A stretch of 39,395 bases of DNA. Source: a virus. Taxonomy: Duplodnaviria > Caudoviricetes. Made by a program: the position numbers and the translations under genes. Positions 26,513 through 34,590 of this stretch are shown piece by piece; position 1 is the stretch's first letter, and every line of letters starts with the position of its first letter. The notes under the pieces were generated by a model, which was not told where the DNA came from, made no database searches, and saw only the letters and a list, made by a program, of their open reading frames with translations. Location of the stretch: positions 1 through 39,395 of the IMG/VR virus record IMGVR_UViG_3300032259_000008; one strand, given 5' to 3'.

Positions 26513-26725
26513 TCACCCCTCATATTCAACACGAGCCGACACCGCGATAGCATCACCCGTTAATAACTCTTTGTCTCTCTTGTCAATCGCTTCATTAAGA
26601 ACATCTCTCGACTCTTTAGGAAGCAACTCATATATTAAAGACACGCTTTGCTTATAATCCTCTAACTCTGATTTACTCATTAGGGCTATGTCTTTTTGTT
26701 GTTGGATTAGGATATCTTTTTTCAT
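26513..26725 (-). CDS. hypothetical protein
   Basis: ATGA overlap, GAGG RBS. Confidence 0.65.
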   Translation of the reverse strand: MKKDILIQQQKDIALMSKSELEDYKQSVSLIYELLPKESRDVLNEAIDKRDKELLTGDAIAVSARVEYEG

Positions 26726-27006
26726 TTCTCTAACCTCATCACATCATAACTTTCAATCGCTTCAATAAAAGCCTCTAAAGCGTTTACATCACCACTAAAC
26801 ATATTTATGTTACTTACTAACTGTTTAAGGTCACAGTAGGGCTTAATGTTGTTTAAAATGCTAGTTTCTCTCAACGTCAACTTATCAAACTGCTTTAGCT
26901 CTAAACATTCATCAAAAGTAATGCGTTTCTGTTTTGCTTCATTCACTATCTGTATAAACATTTCGTGGACTGTTTGGGTTAGCTCGTAGGCTTCAACTTG
27001 GTTCAT
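26722..27006 (-). CDS. stand-alone paralog of the C-terminal domain of the helicase-loader-like protein
   Basis: AAGGAG RBS; aligns without gaps to C-terminal half of 30021-30569. Confidence 0.7.
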   Translation of the reverse strand: MNQVEAYELTQTVHEMFIQIVNEAKQKRITFDECLELKQFDKLTLRETSILNNIKPYCDLKQLVSNINMFSGDVNALEAFIEAIESYDVMRLEK

Positions 27007-27015
27007 TGTTGCTCC

Positions 27016-27351
27016 TTAAAATAAAGTAGACGTCGAAGTCTTCCCTGTATTTTCTATTGTTTGATGATGGTCAGTTTTACATCTTATAGGCACGTTATTA
27101 TCCGCTGTCATTAAGTGGTCAATGATTACATAGTCATATCTATAAGCTTCCATTAAAAAACCTAATTTATTACAGTGATAATGTTTATATCCTGTCGCCT
27201 CTGGAAACCGCTTATTCCAATCTTCTATTACCGCTTTCTTTTTTTCTGATATTCTTATGTCTCGTTCGTTACTATACTCTAATACCGATTGAATACCTAC
27301 GGATAAAAGAATCAGAGCTACTCCAACCCCAAATAAATATATTTTCTTCAT
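27016..27351 (-). CDS. membrane-anchored hypothetical protein
   Basis: N-terminal TM/signal, two Cys. Confidence 0.65.
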   Translation of the reverse strand: MKKIYLFGVGVALILLSVGIQSVLEYSNERDIRISEKKKAVIEDWNKRFPEATGYKHYHCNKLGFLMEAYRYDYVIIDHLMTADNNVPIRCKTDHHQTIENTGKTSTSTLF

Positions 27352-27354
27352 TCC

Positions 27355-27555
27355 CTACCCCTTCTTTGATAGTGTGTTATCATTTTGTATCATGTCGTAG
27401 TTGTAAGCTTTGACATAAACTATCCATAACCCCGTCCCACTATCCTCATACTTTCTTATTAACTGCCTCATAGCTTCTTTAGCACTTGCAAGGTTAGAGA
27501 ACTTATCTTGAAAGTGTTCGGCTATGATTTTGTGATCTATGTTTGTGTTAACCAT
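27355..27555 (-). CDS. hypothetical protein
   Basis: Overlaps upstream gene end. Confidence 0.55.
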   Translation of the reverse strand: MVNTNIDHKIIAEHFQDKFSNLASAKEAMRQLIRKYEDSGTGLWIVYVKAYNYDMIQNDNTLSKKG

Positions 27556-27853
27556 TTATAATTCCACCATGTTTTTTAATTAATTCTTCTACAATCTCTA
27601 TAGGAACATAGCCATATACTGTACCAGTTAAGTCTTCTTTATCTTCTGCATATCCCGATATTAAATCATCTGCTTCACTTGGAAAACCAAGCTCTACTCT
27701 ATCATATTCGTTGCACATCTTTCTTGGTGTACAGTAGTGACCTGATGTTCCACCTTGTACGCTAATGTTAAACCCATCTTTACAAACTATTCTTTCTCTA
27801 GTACTGTAATTTTCGCCCGTATATGTTCTTTCTAAAAATTCAACTACTTCCAT
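27548..27853 (-). CDS. conserved hypothetical phage protein
   Basis: RIVCKDGF.ISVQ...HYCTPR...VELGFPS...TVYGYVP; AAGGA RBS. Confidence 0.75.
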   Translation of the reverse strand: MEVVEFLERTYTGENYSTRERIVCKDGFNISVQGGTSGHYCTPRKMCNEYDRVELGFPSEADDLISGYAEDKEDLTGTVYGYVPIEIVEELIKKHGGIING

Positions 27854-27882
27854 TTCTTATCCTTTATGTCTTTGATGTCATA

Positions 27883-27925
27883 AGTATACAGTAACAAGTT
27901 ATCTTTGTCAAGTTATCTTGTTACT
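27883..27925 (-). promoter_or_regulatory. consensus sigma70 promoter with overlapping operator-like repeats
   Basis: TTGACA-N17-TATACT; direct repeat caagttatctt x2; inverted repeat agtaacaag/cttgttact. Confidence 0.75.
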
Positions 27926-27973
27926 TCCTCACCTTTTCAATTAATTTACTCGCTAAAACATACATATCTTCAC

Positions 27974-28249
27974 TCATCTTTTATCCTTATTGTATTTAGT
28001 ATCAAAAAATTCTTTGATATCATTTCTGATTCTGATTCTTCTTGGCAACAACTCTTCTACCACTTCACTAGTTTTCTTTTGTCGCTTCACGTTTGTATTT
28101 TCTGTGCGTTTGAAATATGCTTTACGTTGTTCTATTTTTCGGCACGCTTTGCATATTGTAGTTCTATATCCGCGATCTAAGAAAAACTCTGTAACTGGTT
28201 TGATTCTGCCACAACCTTTTTTATGTTTGCACATTTTAGTGTCGCTCAT
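27974..28249 (-). CDS. zinc-finger hypothetical protein
   Basis: C....GC..IKP..EF......CKAC, basic tail; AAGGA RBS. Confidence 0.65.
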   Translation of the reverse strand: MSDTKMCKHKKGCGRIKPVTEFFLDRGYRTTICKACRKIEQRKAYFKRTENTNVKRQKKTSEVVEELLPRRIRIRNDIKEFFDTKYNKDKR

Positions 28250-28416
28250 GTTAAATCCTTTGGCGTAAAAAGTGAATACGCTTGTTTAAGCTCTTTTAAG
28301 CCGTCTTGACTGTAAATCGGTGTAATGCACTTAGTAGGGTTGATTTCTTTCCCTACTGTGCTTATATGGTGTTTACAGTTATGTGTTTGGGAACAGGTGT
28401 TGCCGTTGCATTTCAT
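28246..28416 (-). CDS. small Cys-rich protein (56 aa)
   Basis: ATGA overlaps at both ends; MKCNGNTCSQTHNCK...EINPTKCI. Confidence 0.55.
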   Translation of the reverse strand: MKCNGNTCSQTHNCKHHISTVGKEINPTKCITPIYSQDGLKELKQAYSLFTPKDLT

Positions 28417-28622
28417 CTGTGAGCCTTATTAAAATATCTTCTCACTATATAGCTACGAACTAAACTTATTACAGTGAAGTAAGCACCTATCAGTAAGTTG
28501 TCCGTAAACGGCACCACAATGTCAAAAAGTGGAAATACGAGCAATTGACTTAGTACTGCAACGATATAGCCTATAAGTATGTTTATTATGCTTTCTATGA
28601 GTGATTGTGTTTTAGTTTGCAT
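28413..28622 (-). CDS. small two-TM protein typical of phage methyltransferase neighbourhoods
   Basis: QTK..SLIES..N..IGY...FT.ISLVRSY.VRR.FN. Confidence 0.7.
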   Translation of the reverse strand: MQTKTQSLIESIINILIGYIVAVLSQLLVFPLFDIVVPFTDNLLIGAYFTVISLVRSYIVRRYFNKAHR

Positions 28623-29302
28623 TAAAATAAACTTCCTTGTACTGCTTCTAAGCGTTTATTTGCTATTGCTACATAATCGGCTTCTAATTCACAACCGCAC
28701 CAATCTAAGCCTAATGATTTACAAGCGATAGCAGTTGTGCCACTTCCCATGAAAGGGTCAAATATTTTAAAATCATCCTCTTTATAATCTCTTAGTATAT
28801 TCTCGAATAGCTTAGATGGCTTTTGTGTAGGGTGATACCTTTTGTCCTTATTTTTCATATCTTGCTGTATCATTCCACTATACAAAAATCTAAATATCTT
28901 TGCAGGTTTTTTATAGCTAGTCCATGCCATTTCACAATCTGCAAAATCATTAGAGTATTTATCCTCTACTCTTTTATCCCATATAAGCCATGAAGCTGTA
29001 GGTTCTAATACCTCAGTGAAATAGTTACCACCAAAGATAATCTGATTTTTTGATACTCTCTTTATTTCATCAATTACTTCTTTAGATGGAATTGCACTAT
29101 CCCAATCTTTATTATGTTCTTTATAGTCATTTCTTTTAGCAACCCCGCCATCAGTAGAATTTGTATAGCTCATCTTTCCAATATCTATTCCATAAGGTGG
29201 GTCCGTAAGTGCTAAATCAAAATAGTTATCTGGTACTTGTTTCATAAACTCTAAGCAGTCTATATTGTGAATTTTATTCATTTTATCTTGCATCTTACTC
29301 AC
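28622..29302 (-). CDS. DNA N6-adenine/N4-cytosine methyltransferase (beta class)
   Basis: DPPY, HPTQKP and DPFMGSGTT motifs in beta order. Confidence 0.93.
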   Translation of the reverse strand: MSKMQDKMNKIHNIDCLEFMKQVPDNYFDLALTDPPYGIDIGKMSYTNSTDGGVAKRNDYKEHNKDWDSAIPSKEVIDEIKRVSKNQIIFGGNYFTEVLEPTASWLIWDKRVEDKYSNDFADCEMAWTSYKKPAKIFRFLYSGMIQQDMKNKDKRYHPTQKPSKLFENILRDYKEDDFKIFDPFMGSGTTAIACKSLGLDWCGCELEADYVAIANKRLEAVQGSLF

Positions 29303-29712
29303 CCCTTATCATTTTTTGTATCTTTGCTAAAAAAGTTCTTAAACTCGCTTGTTAAGTCATACATTGAACTATTATGAATAAAGGCTACATTCTCAAAACC
29401 TTTTTCATTCATCTTTTTTCTGATTGTTGCTTCACTTGAATTTACAACTGCAGTAGACAAATCAAATTTATTGTTAGTTCTACTCATATAATTAAGAACA
29501 TAAAATCCGCCCTCTCTGCTGATTCTTCCATCACTATTAATAGGCATATACATATCTACTATAACAAAATCAAAATGTTCATTTATAAGTCTAATGACCC
29601 CACCCTTTGCGTATTGTTCCCATTCTATAACGGCATCTGGTTGTACTTTTTTTACATACTCTAATGTTGTTTTGTACTTACTCTCATTATCTTCAATTAT
29701 TAATATTCTCAT
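29299..29712 (-). CDS. stand-alone response-regulator receiver (REC) domain protein
   Basis: MRILIIEDN...FDFVIVDMYMP...G..VL...VVNSS. Confidence 0.8.
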   Translation of the reverse strand: MRILIIEDNESKYKTTLEYVKKVQPDAVIEWEQYAKGGVIRLINEHFDFVIVDMYMPINSDGRISREGGFYVLNYMSRTNNKFDLSTAVVNSSEATIRKKMNEKGFENVAFIHNSSMYDLTSEFKNFFSKDTKNDKG

Positions 29713-29791
29713 AATCTCTACCCCTTTTTAACCAAAATTTGTTTCATCTTACTATTCTCTATTGCTATGCTTTCGCCTCTTAGTGATTGTT

Positions 29792-29974
29792 TCATGTTTC
29801 TATCTCTTTTTGATATTCAAACTCTGAAATATCACCATACTTTTCTAAATGCTGTTTAAATAATTCAAGATTATCTTTTTCAACCTCGTTATAATCAACT
29901 GTTGAAAAGTCTATTTCATTAACTTCACACATTAATTTAAAATCATCTTCCATTTGTTTTTTTATATCATCCAT
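29792..29974 (-). CDS. small acidic hypothetical protein
   Basis: AAGGA RBS. Confidence 0.6.
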   Translation of the reverse strand: MDDIKKQMEDDFKLMCEVNEIDFSTVDYNEVEKDNLELFKQHLEKYGDISEFEYQKEIET

Positions 29975-30020
29975 CTTTAATCCTTATATTGCCATTGGCA
30001 TTGATATACTTGAACTTGCT

Positions 30021-30569
30021 TCACTTCATATTCCCTAGTCTTTTTCTAACTTCAAAACTCATAGCCTCTTGACCGCCTTGTTTTATAGCCATTTTAAACG
30101 CTTGTAGCTGTTCTAAACTTGTTTGATAAGCACTTATGTTACTTATGAGTAGTTTCAAGCTAAAATGCGGTCTTACGTTGTTTAAAATCGCTATGTCTTC
30201 ATCACTCACGCTTGGAAATTTCACAGCCTCTAAAAGAGTATCAAAACTTTTACCGCTTTTTATGTGTGTTTGATATATTTCGTTATTCATATCGTATACT
30301 AAATCTATAAGCTCTTTAGCTTTTACTTCGTGTTCGTCTGTTAGCTGAATTACCTCTTTGACATTTGTACGCTCTAAGATTTCAGCAGGTTTTGGAAATG
30401 TTGGATAAACTCTCTCACTTAGTAAACCTCTTATTGCTTGTTTGAAGTCTTCATTTTCCATCACTTGTAAGATTGCATAGTAAATCTTTAATAACTCTTT
30501 TGTAAGTGTTTTTTCATAGATAACACCTAGTGCATTCATGTTTTGAGCGAATATTGTATTATCTAACAT
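30021..30569 (-). CDS. replicative helicase loader/inhibitor-like protein
   Basis: YY..L......F..A...L......FPKPAEI motif, downstream of initiator; ATG 30569 after GAGGG. Confidence 0.65.
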   Translation of the reverse strand: MLDNTIFAQNMNALGVIYEKTLTKELLKIYYAILQVMENEDFKQAIRGLLSERVYPTFPKPAEILERTNVKEVIQLTDEHEVKAKELIDLVYDMNNEIYQTHIKSGKSFDTLLEAVKFPSVSDEDIAILNNVRPHFSLKLLISNISAYQTSLEQLQAFKMAIKQGGQEAMSFEVRKRLGNMK

Positions 30570-30571
30570 TT

Positions 30572-30856
30572 TTAATCCCTCACTAAACTTGGGAGTGATC
30601 CACAAAAAGGCTCACAAAAATCATAGTATTCTAGAGTCCAACTAAGCTCTCCATATCTTCCTATCAACGGGGATTTCATTAAACTTTTTGAATTTTCATC
30701 CCAAAACCAACACCATTCACCTTGCTTAGGTTTCCATAATTTAAGTGATTTGCCCCAAACTTCATTAATACTAATCATGTTTAGTATAGATTCATCTATT
30801 TTAAATAACTTATTAACAGAATCTACTACCCAATCACCTATTTTAAATTCATTCAT
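30572..30856 (-). CDS. hypothetical protein
   Basis: FKIGDWV...LWKPKQGEWCWFW...CEPF.G.LPS. Confidence 0.7.
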   Translation of the reverse strand: MNEFKIGDWVVDSVNKLFKIDESILNMISINEVWGKSLKLWKPKQGEWCWFWDENSKSLMKSPLIGRYGELSWTLEYYDFCEPFCGSLPSLVRD

Positions 30857-31521
30857 TACTTACTCCCTATCACTTTCACGTCTTGCGTGTCATTCTCTTC
30901 TAGCCAACTCTTAGCTACATTTATATTATTGTCTGTTTTAGTTGGTCTAGCACCTGCATTTTTATTCCAAGTATCATAAGCCATTTTAAAGTTCTTGTAT
31001 TTATAAGGCTTCATTTCGCATTGGGTATAAAAGTCTTCATAACTCATTTGTTTACCTGAGTTGTTTATATACTCTTGTAATTTAGATTGATATTCTTTGC
31101 TTGTAGAAGAAAGTAATCGTGAAGCTGATAAGCTGAAAGTAAATGCTTTTATCACTATCTCTTTCTTTATCGTATCACTATCACTTTCTTTATCACTATC
31201 ACTTACACTATCGGCTTTTTTGGGTTTAAGTGGCTTTTTTTGGGTTTCTTCTTTTTTAGGTCTGCCACCTTTTTGACCGTTTTTAGCGTTTCTTTCCACC
31301 ACATTTGAATACTTGATTAAGTCCCTATCTAACTGCATTTTAAAGGGGTGAGCTACACTATTTAATAACCCACTTAACCCACTCGGTTCTTTGGCTTCTT
31401 TTGGGTTATTTATAAATACAGAATAATCAAATATTTCTTTAATTAGTTGCCCTGCTTGTTCATCACTTAACTCTTTTATTACAGATAAAGTGTCGTGATG
31501 AAGTATTAGATTATCTTTCAT
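30856..31521 (-). CDS. replication initiator, DUF6291 N-terminal domain
   Basis: LSDEQAG.L...IF.Y...DRD..KY......N..NG.KGGRPKK...DSDSD linker. Confidence 0.8.
   Translation of the reverse strand: MKDNLILHHDTLSVIKELSDEQAGQLIKEIFDYSVFINNPKEAKEPSGLSGLLNSVAHPFKMQLDRDLIKYSNVVERNAKNGQKGGRPKKEETQKKPLKPKKADSVSDSDKESDSDTIKKEIVIKAFTFSLSASRLLSSTSKEYQSKLQEYINNSGKQMSYEDFYTQCEMKPYKYKNFKMAYDTWNKNAGARPTKTDNNINVAKSWLEENDTQDVKVIGSK
31151..31212. repeat. atcact/tatcac hexamer repeats within initiator gene (possible origin)
   Basis: Several atcact(a/t) copies encoding the DS linker. Confidence 0.4.
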
Positions 31522-32137
31522 GGTTTATCCATTTATCTAAGACTTTTGTTTTTACTCGACAGCAAGTAACCATTTTTTTAAACTCTATAAATGATACATC
31601 CCAATGAGTTAAGCCAAAATCTCCACCACTGAATACTTTATTAATTGCCTTGTTTCTATTGTCTGCTTCAATTTCTAAGTCGCAATACCACCATTCATCA
31701 AAACATTCTTTTTTACCTTTCACATTGAAGTGCGTTTTTGAGTACGAGTATTTAAAAACTTCCGAAACAGTATTGTTAAAATATGCTTCAAAGCTATTTC
31801 TATCGCCCTCTAGTTCAAAATTAAGCTTTGTTATCCCAAGTTCTTTTCTAACTTGACCTGTGTTAGGTAAAACAAAAAAGCTATTTCTTCTTGCATAAGT
31901 TTCTTCTTTGTCTCCATATGTAGGGAGTATAATTTTTTGTTTATATTTATCTACAATATCTTTATGAATTAAGAAGTCACCACGATAGATTTGAGTCTGC
32001 ATATCTATATCGGAATTTTCATATAACCCCGCGTCTTCTATACTTCGATAATATCCAGCATTATTATTTCCCCAAAACAATAATGTATTGTCATTTTTTC
32101 CTGCGTGTCTAAGACATATTTTATAATAGTCTTCCAT
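31511..32137 (-). CDS. hypothetical protein
   Basis: ATG 32137 after GGAGGTG; LFW..N..GY......AGLY motif. Confidence 0.7.
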   Translation of the reverse strand: MEDYYKICLRHAGKNDNTLLFWGNNNAGYYRSIEDAGLYENSDIDMQTQIYRGDFLIHKDIVDKYKQKIILPTYGDKEETYARRNSFFVLPNTGQVRKELGITKLNFELEGDRNSFEAYFNNTVSEVFKYSYSKTHFNVKGKKECFDEWWYCDLEIEADNRNKAINKVFSGGDFGLTHWDVSFIEFKKMVTCCRVKTKVLDKWINHER

Positions 32138-32138
32138 C

Positions 32139-32363
32139 TCACACCTCCAGCTTATATTCAGCGATATAACTGCTATTCGTTGGAACTTGCTTTGATAGTA
32201 TGCTATACCCTGCACGTTTTAAATCGCTTATACGGCTTCTAAGATTCATTCCGAAGCCCATTTGCATAGCTTCTAAACAAGTAAGTGAAGCACCTGACTT
32301 AAGATAGTTTAATATCTTTGCGTTTTGTGAGTTTTGCTTGAAGCTTTTTATTGTTCCTTGCAT
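32139..32363 (-). CDS. winged helix-turn-helix DNA-binding protein
   Basis: SQ...IL.YL..G.SLT..EA......L.SRI.DL...GY.I. Confidence 0.8.
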   Translation of the reverse strand: MQGTIKSFKQNSQNAKILNYLKSGASLTCLEAMQMGFGMNLRSRISDLKRAGYSILSKQVPTNSSYIAEYKLEV

Positions 32364-32399
32364 TGTGTAACCTTTTAGTTACCGCTATTTAATTTTAAG

Positions 32400-33075
32400 T
32401 GAGTGATTTTTTTCGTGGGGAGTTGCGGTCGGACTTCCCTCAAGCACTTAGTAGGTAGCACCGTCCGACCAAAGAGGAATGCTACTTACTAAAAGCTTGG
32501 CTACCCGACTAATTTTTAAGTGCTTCGGATAAACTGCACCTGTTCTGAACAATGTTATTATACCATAAAAAGACCTAACCGTTTGCACTTCTTTGAGAGG
32601 TGGGTTAGATGTGTTACTTTTTGTAATAGTTCTTTGTTTGACCTACTACCACTTGCAAGGTTAGCAACACGAATCCGTATTACGATAGTAGGATTTTAAG
32701 TCTCAGTGACTACTGTTTAGCTTTCGCAGTTTTTCGTATAAGACTCTAAAAAGCAAACAATAGCTGAGATTATATCCATAATGACTATTTAGTGTGTGAT
32801 TTCTCACGTTTGCTTATTACAATCTTAAACACATTTGTCTTACACCTAATGCCAAGTTAGCACTAAGTGTAAGAATAGATAACCTAAATTACAAGGAGTT
32901 AGAAGAGGCTATAATATTTAACCCTGCATGGTCTAGTATCTCTCTTCATGTTGATATTATATCATAAAACACCCTCAATAAGAGAGTGGCTTGATTTTAT
33001 ATTTTATATTGCGAATTAACGCGAGACTTTCTTAACCATCATCAAAAGAGTGTGCGAACTCCGATGGACTTCATT
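32400..33075 (-). ncRNA. candidate structured non-coding RNA/leader array with three internal -10 boxes
   Basis: No ORF of 60 aa or more; TATAAT at 32557-62, 32769-74, 32956-61; several long stems, some with minus-strand G-U pairs. Confidence 0.5.
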
Positions 33076-33094
33076 TTGCAGCACGACCAGCATT

Positions 33095-33436
33095 TTAAAG
33101 CGTTATTTTTATAGAGTTTGGTGAACTCTGCCACCCAACTTCAAAAGTAGAGAATGTATATATTCCCATTTTAGCAATTTTTAACGGAGTGCAAGAAGCA
33201 CCACTAATCTTCAAATTATCTTTTAGTCCTTCTAATCCACTAGCAACTAAACTCGTGGGGTTATCTGGCTTAATTCCGTATGTCCCCATATCCGCTGATA
33301 CATGAGTTGAACCAGAAGCGTGAATTGGTGGAACATAATTGCCATCAAAGAATCCTTCTCTACCATAATCGTCAATGGCATATAAAGAACTCATAAAGCC
33401 TAATAACATTGAAAATAAAATCAATATCTTTTTCAT
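33095..33436 (-). CDS. exported protein with signal peptide and C-terminal EVGW motif
   Basis: MKKILILFSMLLGFMSSLYA signal; AAGGA RBS; own promoter. Confidence 0.7.
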   Translation of the reverse strand: MKKILILFSMLLGFMSSLYAIDDYGREGFFDGNYVPPIHASGSTHVSADMGTYGIKPDNPTSLVASGLEGLKDNLKISGASCTPLKIAKMGIYTFSTFEVGWQSSPNSIKITL

Positions 33437-33522
33437 ATTCTTCCTTTTTTTTAGTTTTTGTAGGTCAACCCCTTCGATTATTTATCATGCGGAATATCTT
33501 CATGTTACCGCTACCTACTGTT

Positions 33523-33531
33523 ATTATATCA
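33523..33531 (-). promoter_or_regulatory. extended -10 promoter followed by structured 5' leader
   Basis: TGaTATAAT; leader stem gtaggt...acctac. Confidence 0.6.
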
Positions 33532-33738
33532 TATTTACAGCGAATTCAAAACATTAGCGAATTGCGATACCGTCATTTTCTCATCTACTGCTAAACATTC
33601 AGCCATCTTTTCATAAACTTTGTGTATCATGTTCTTGCTCCAATTTATTTTGTCTCTATCTTGTGGCTCATCTTTATCCTTGATGATCTAACTCTTTCTA
33701 TGAGTGCCTATAATTTTTAAGGCACTCGAACTTCTAGA

Positions 33739-33927
33739 CTACCAAACAAACCAGCCCATAATTACCCCTACTGGAGGAAAAAATACTCCACCGATACCAA
33801 TAACACTTTTTGCACTCCATATAAAAGGCTCCATGTTGATTAACGCCAATAGATTCACTATCCACCCATAACCCGCTGCAACTACGATTGACAACATTAT
33901 TAAAAAACCTGCTATTGAACTTTTCAT
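33739..33927 (-). CDS. small membrane protein
   Basis: GYGWIVN...IGGVFFPPVGVIMGW; AAGGA RBS. Confidence 0.7.
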   Translation of the reverse strand: MKSSIAGFLIMLSIVVAAGYGWIVNLLALINMEPFIWSAKSVIGIGGVFFPPVGVIMGWFVW

Positions 33928-33930
33928 CTT

Positions 33931-34080
33931 TTATCCTTTTAAAAACTTAATTTTATATCTCTTTTTAACCTTTACGGCAACACTTACTTTTTCAAGTTCA
34001 CCACCGCATTTAAAGCACACCACTATGTTAGGCATGAACTCTAAATTGCAGTTTTTACATTTAGTTCTAGTTGTTCCCAT
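33931..34080 (-). CDS. small zinc-ribbon protein
   Basis: CxxC-x10-CxxCGG; real start probably ATG 34080. Confidence 0.55.
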   Translation of the reverse strand: MGTTRTKCKNCNLEFMPNIVVCFKCGGELEKVSVAVKVKKRYKIKFLKG

Positions 34081-34411
34081 TGTGTTGGTTTTGATTTTGT
34101 TGGTACTGCTGCTGAGATTGATTATTACCTTGATTATCTTGATATTGAACTTGTGGCTGTTGATAACCTTGATTTTGGTTATTACCTTGATTGTTTTGTT
34201 GTTGCCCTTGCTGATTCGTTTCTTCAAATACACCAACCATCACCATTCCATTTTCACCTATTGGAAGACCTGCTAAGTTAATTTTAGGATCAAGTAAAAT
34301 ATACTCTTTACCATTTTGATTAACATTTAACACGCCTAAGTTTGTCCACTCTGTACCTTCTGTACCATCTTGTTTTTGGTATTTTCTACCTGCAACGCTT
34401 AATTTTTTCAT
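34067..34411 (-). CDS. putative ssDNA-binding protein with Q/N-rich tail
   Basis: KY...DG.....W.N.G beta core plus disordered Q/N tail in recombination module. Confidence 0.6.
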   Translation of the reverse strand: MKKLSVAGRKYQKQDGTEGTEWTNLGVLNVNQNGKEYILLDPKINLAGLPIGENGMVMVGVFEETNQQGQQQNNQGNNQNQGYQQPQVQYQDNQGNNQSQQQYQQNQNQHNGNN

Positions 34412-34578
34412 TATTTTTTCCTATTTCTTTTTTTATTAGCTTTCGCTATTTTGTTTTTAGCTTTACGCTTCTTTCTAGCAACTTGATTTTCTCTTTGATA
34501 ATCTGAATTGCAACTAGGTTTATGGATTCTAGCCTCATATTCTTCTAAGTGTTGAGATTTTAATTCGCTTTCAGTCAT
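34411..34578 (-). CDS. small basic protein (55 aa)
   Basis: AAGGA RBS, TAATG coupling, ARKKRKAKNKIAKANKKRNRKK tail. Confidence 0.55.
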   Translation of the reverse strand: MTESELKSQHLEEYEARIHKPSCNSDYQRENQVARKKRKAKNKIAKANKKRNRKK

Positions 34579-34590
34579 CCATTTTCCTTT

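Noticed and set aside
28622-29302. Restriction-modification system
   Set aside because: No adjacent restriction endonuclease; orphan phage methyltransferases are common.
32700-32770. c-di-GMP-I riboswitch or tRNA
   Set aside because: GAAA and CUAAAC-like words are present, but the two-stem architecture and tRNA D/T-loop consensus are not.
34081-34236. N-terminal extension of ORF 33931-34236 and its low-complexity repeats
   Set aside because: Alternative frame of the Q/N-rich tail of the SSB-like gene; the real zinc-ribbon gene likely starts at 34080.
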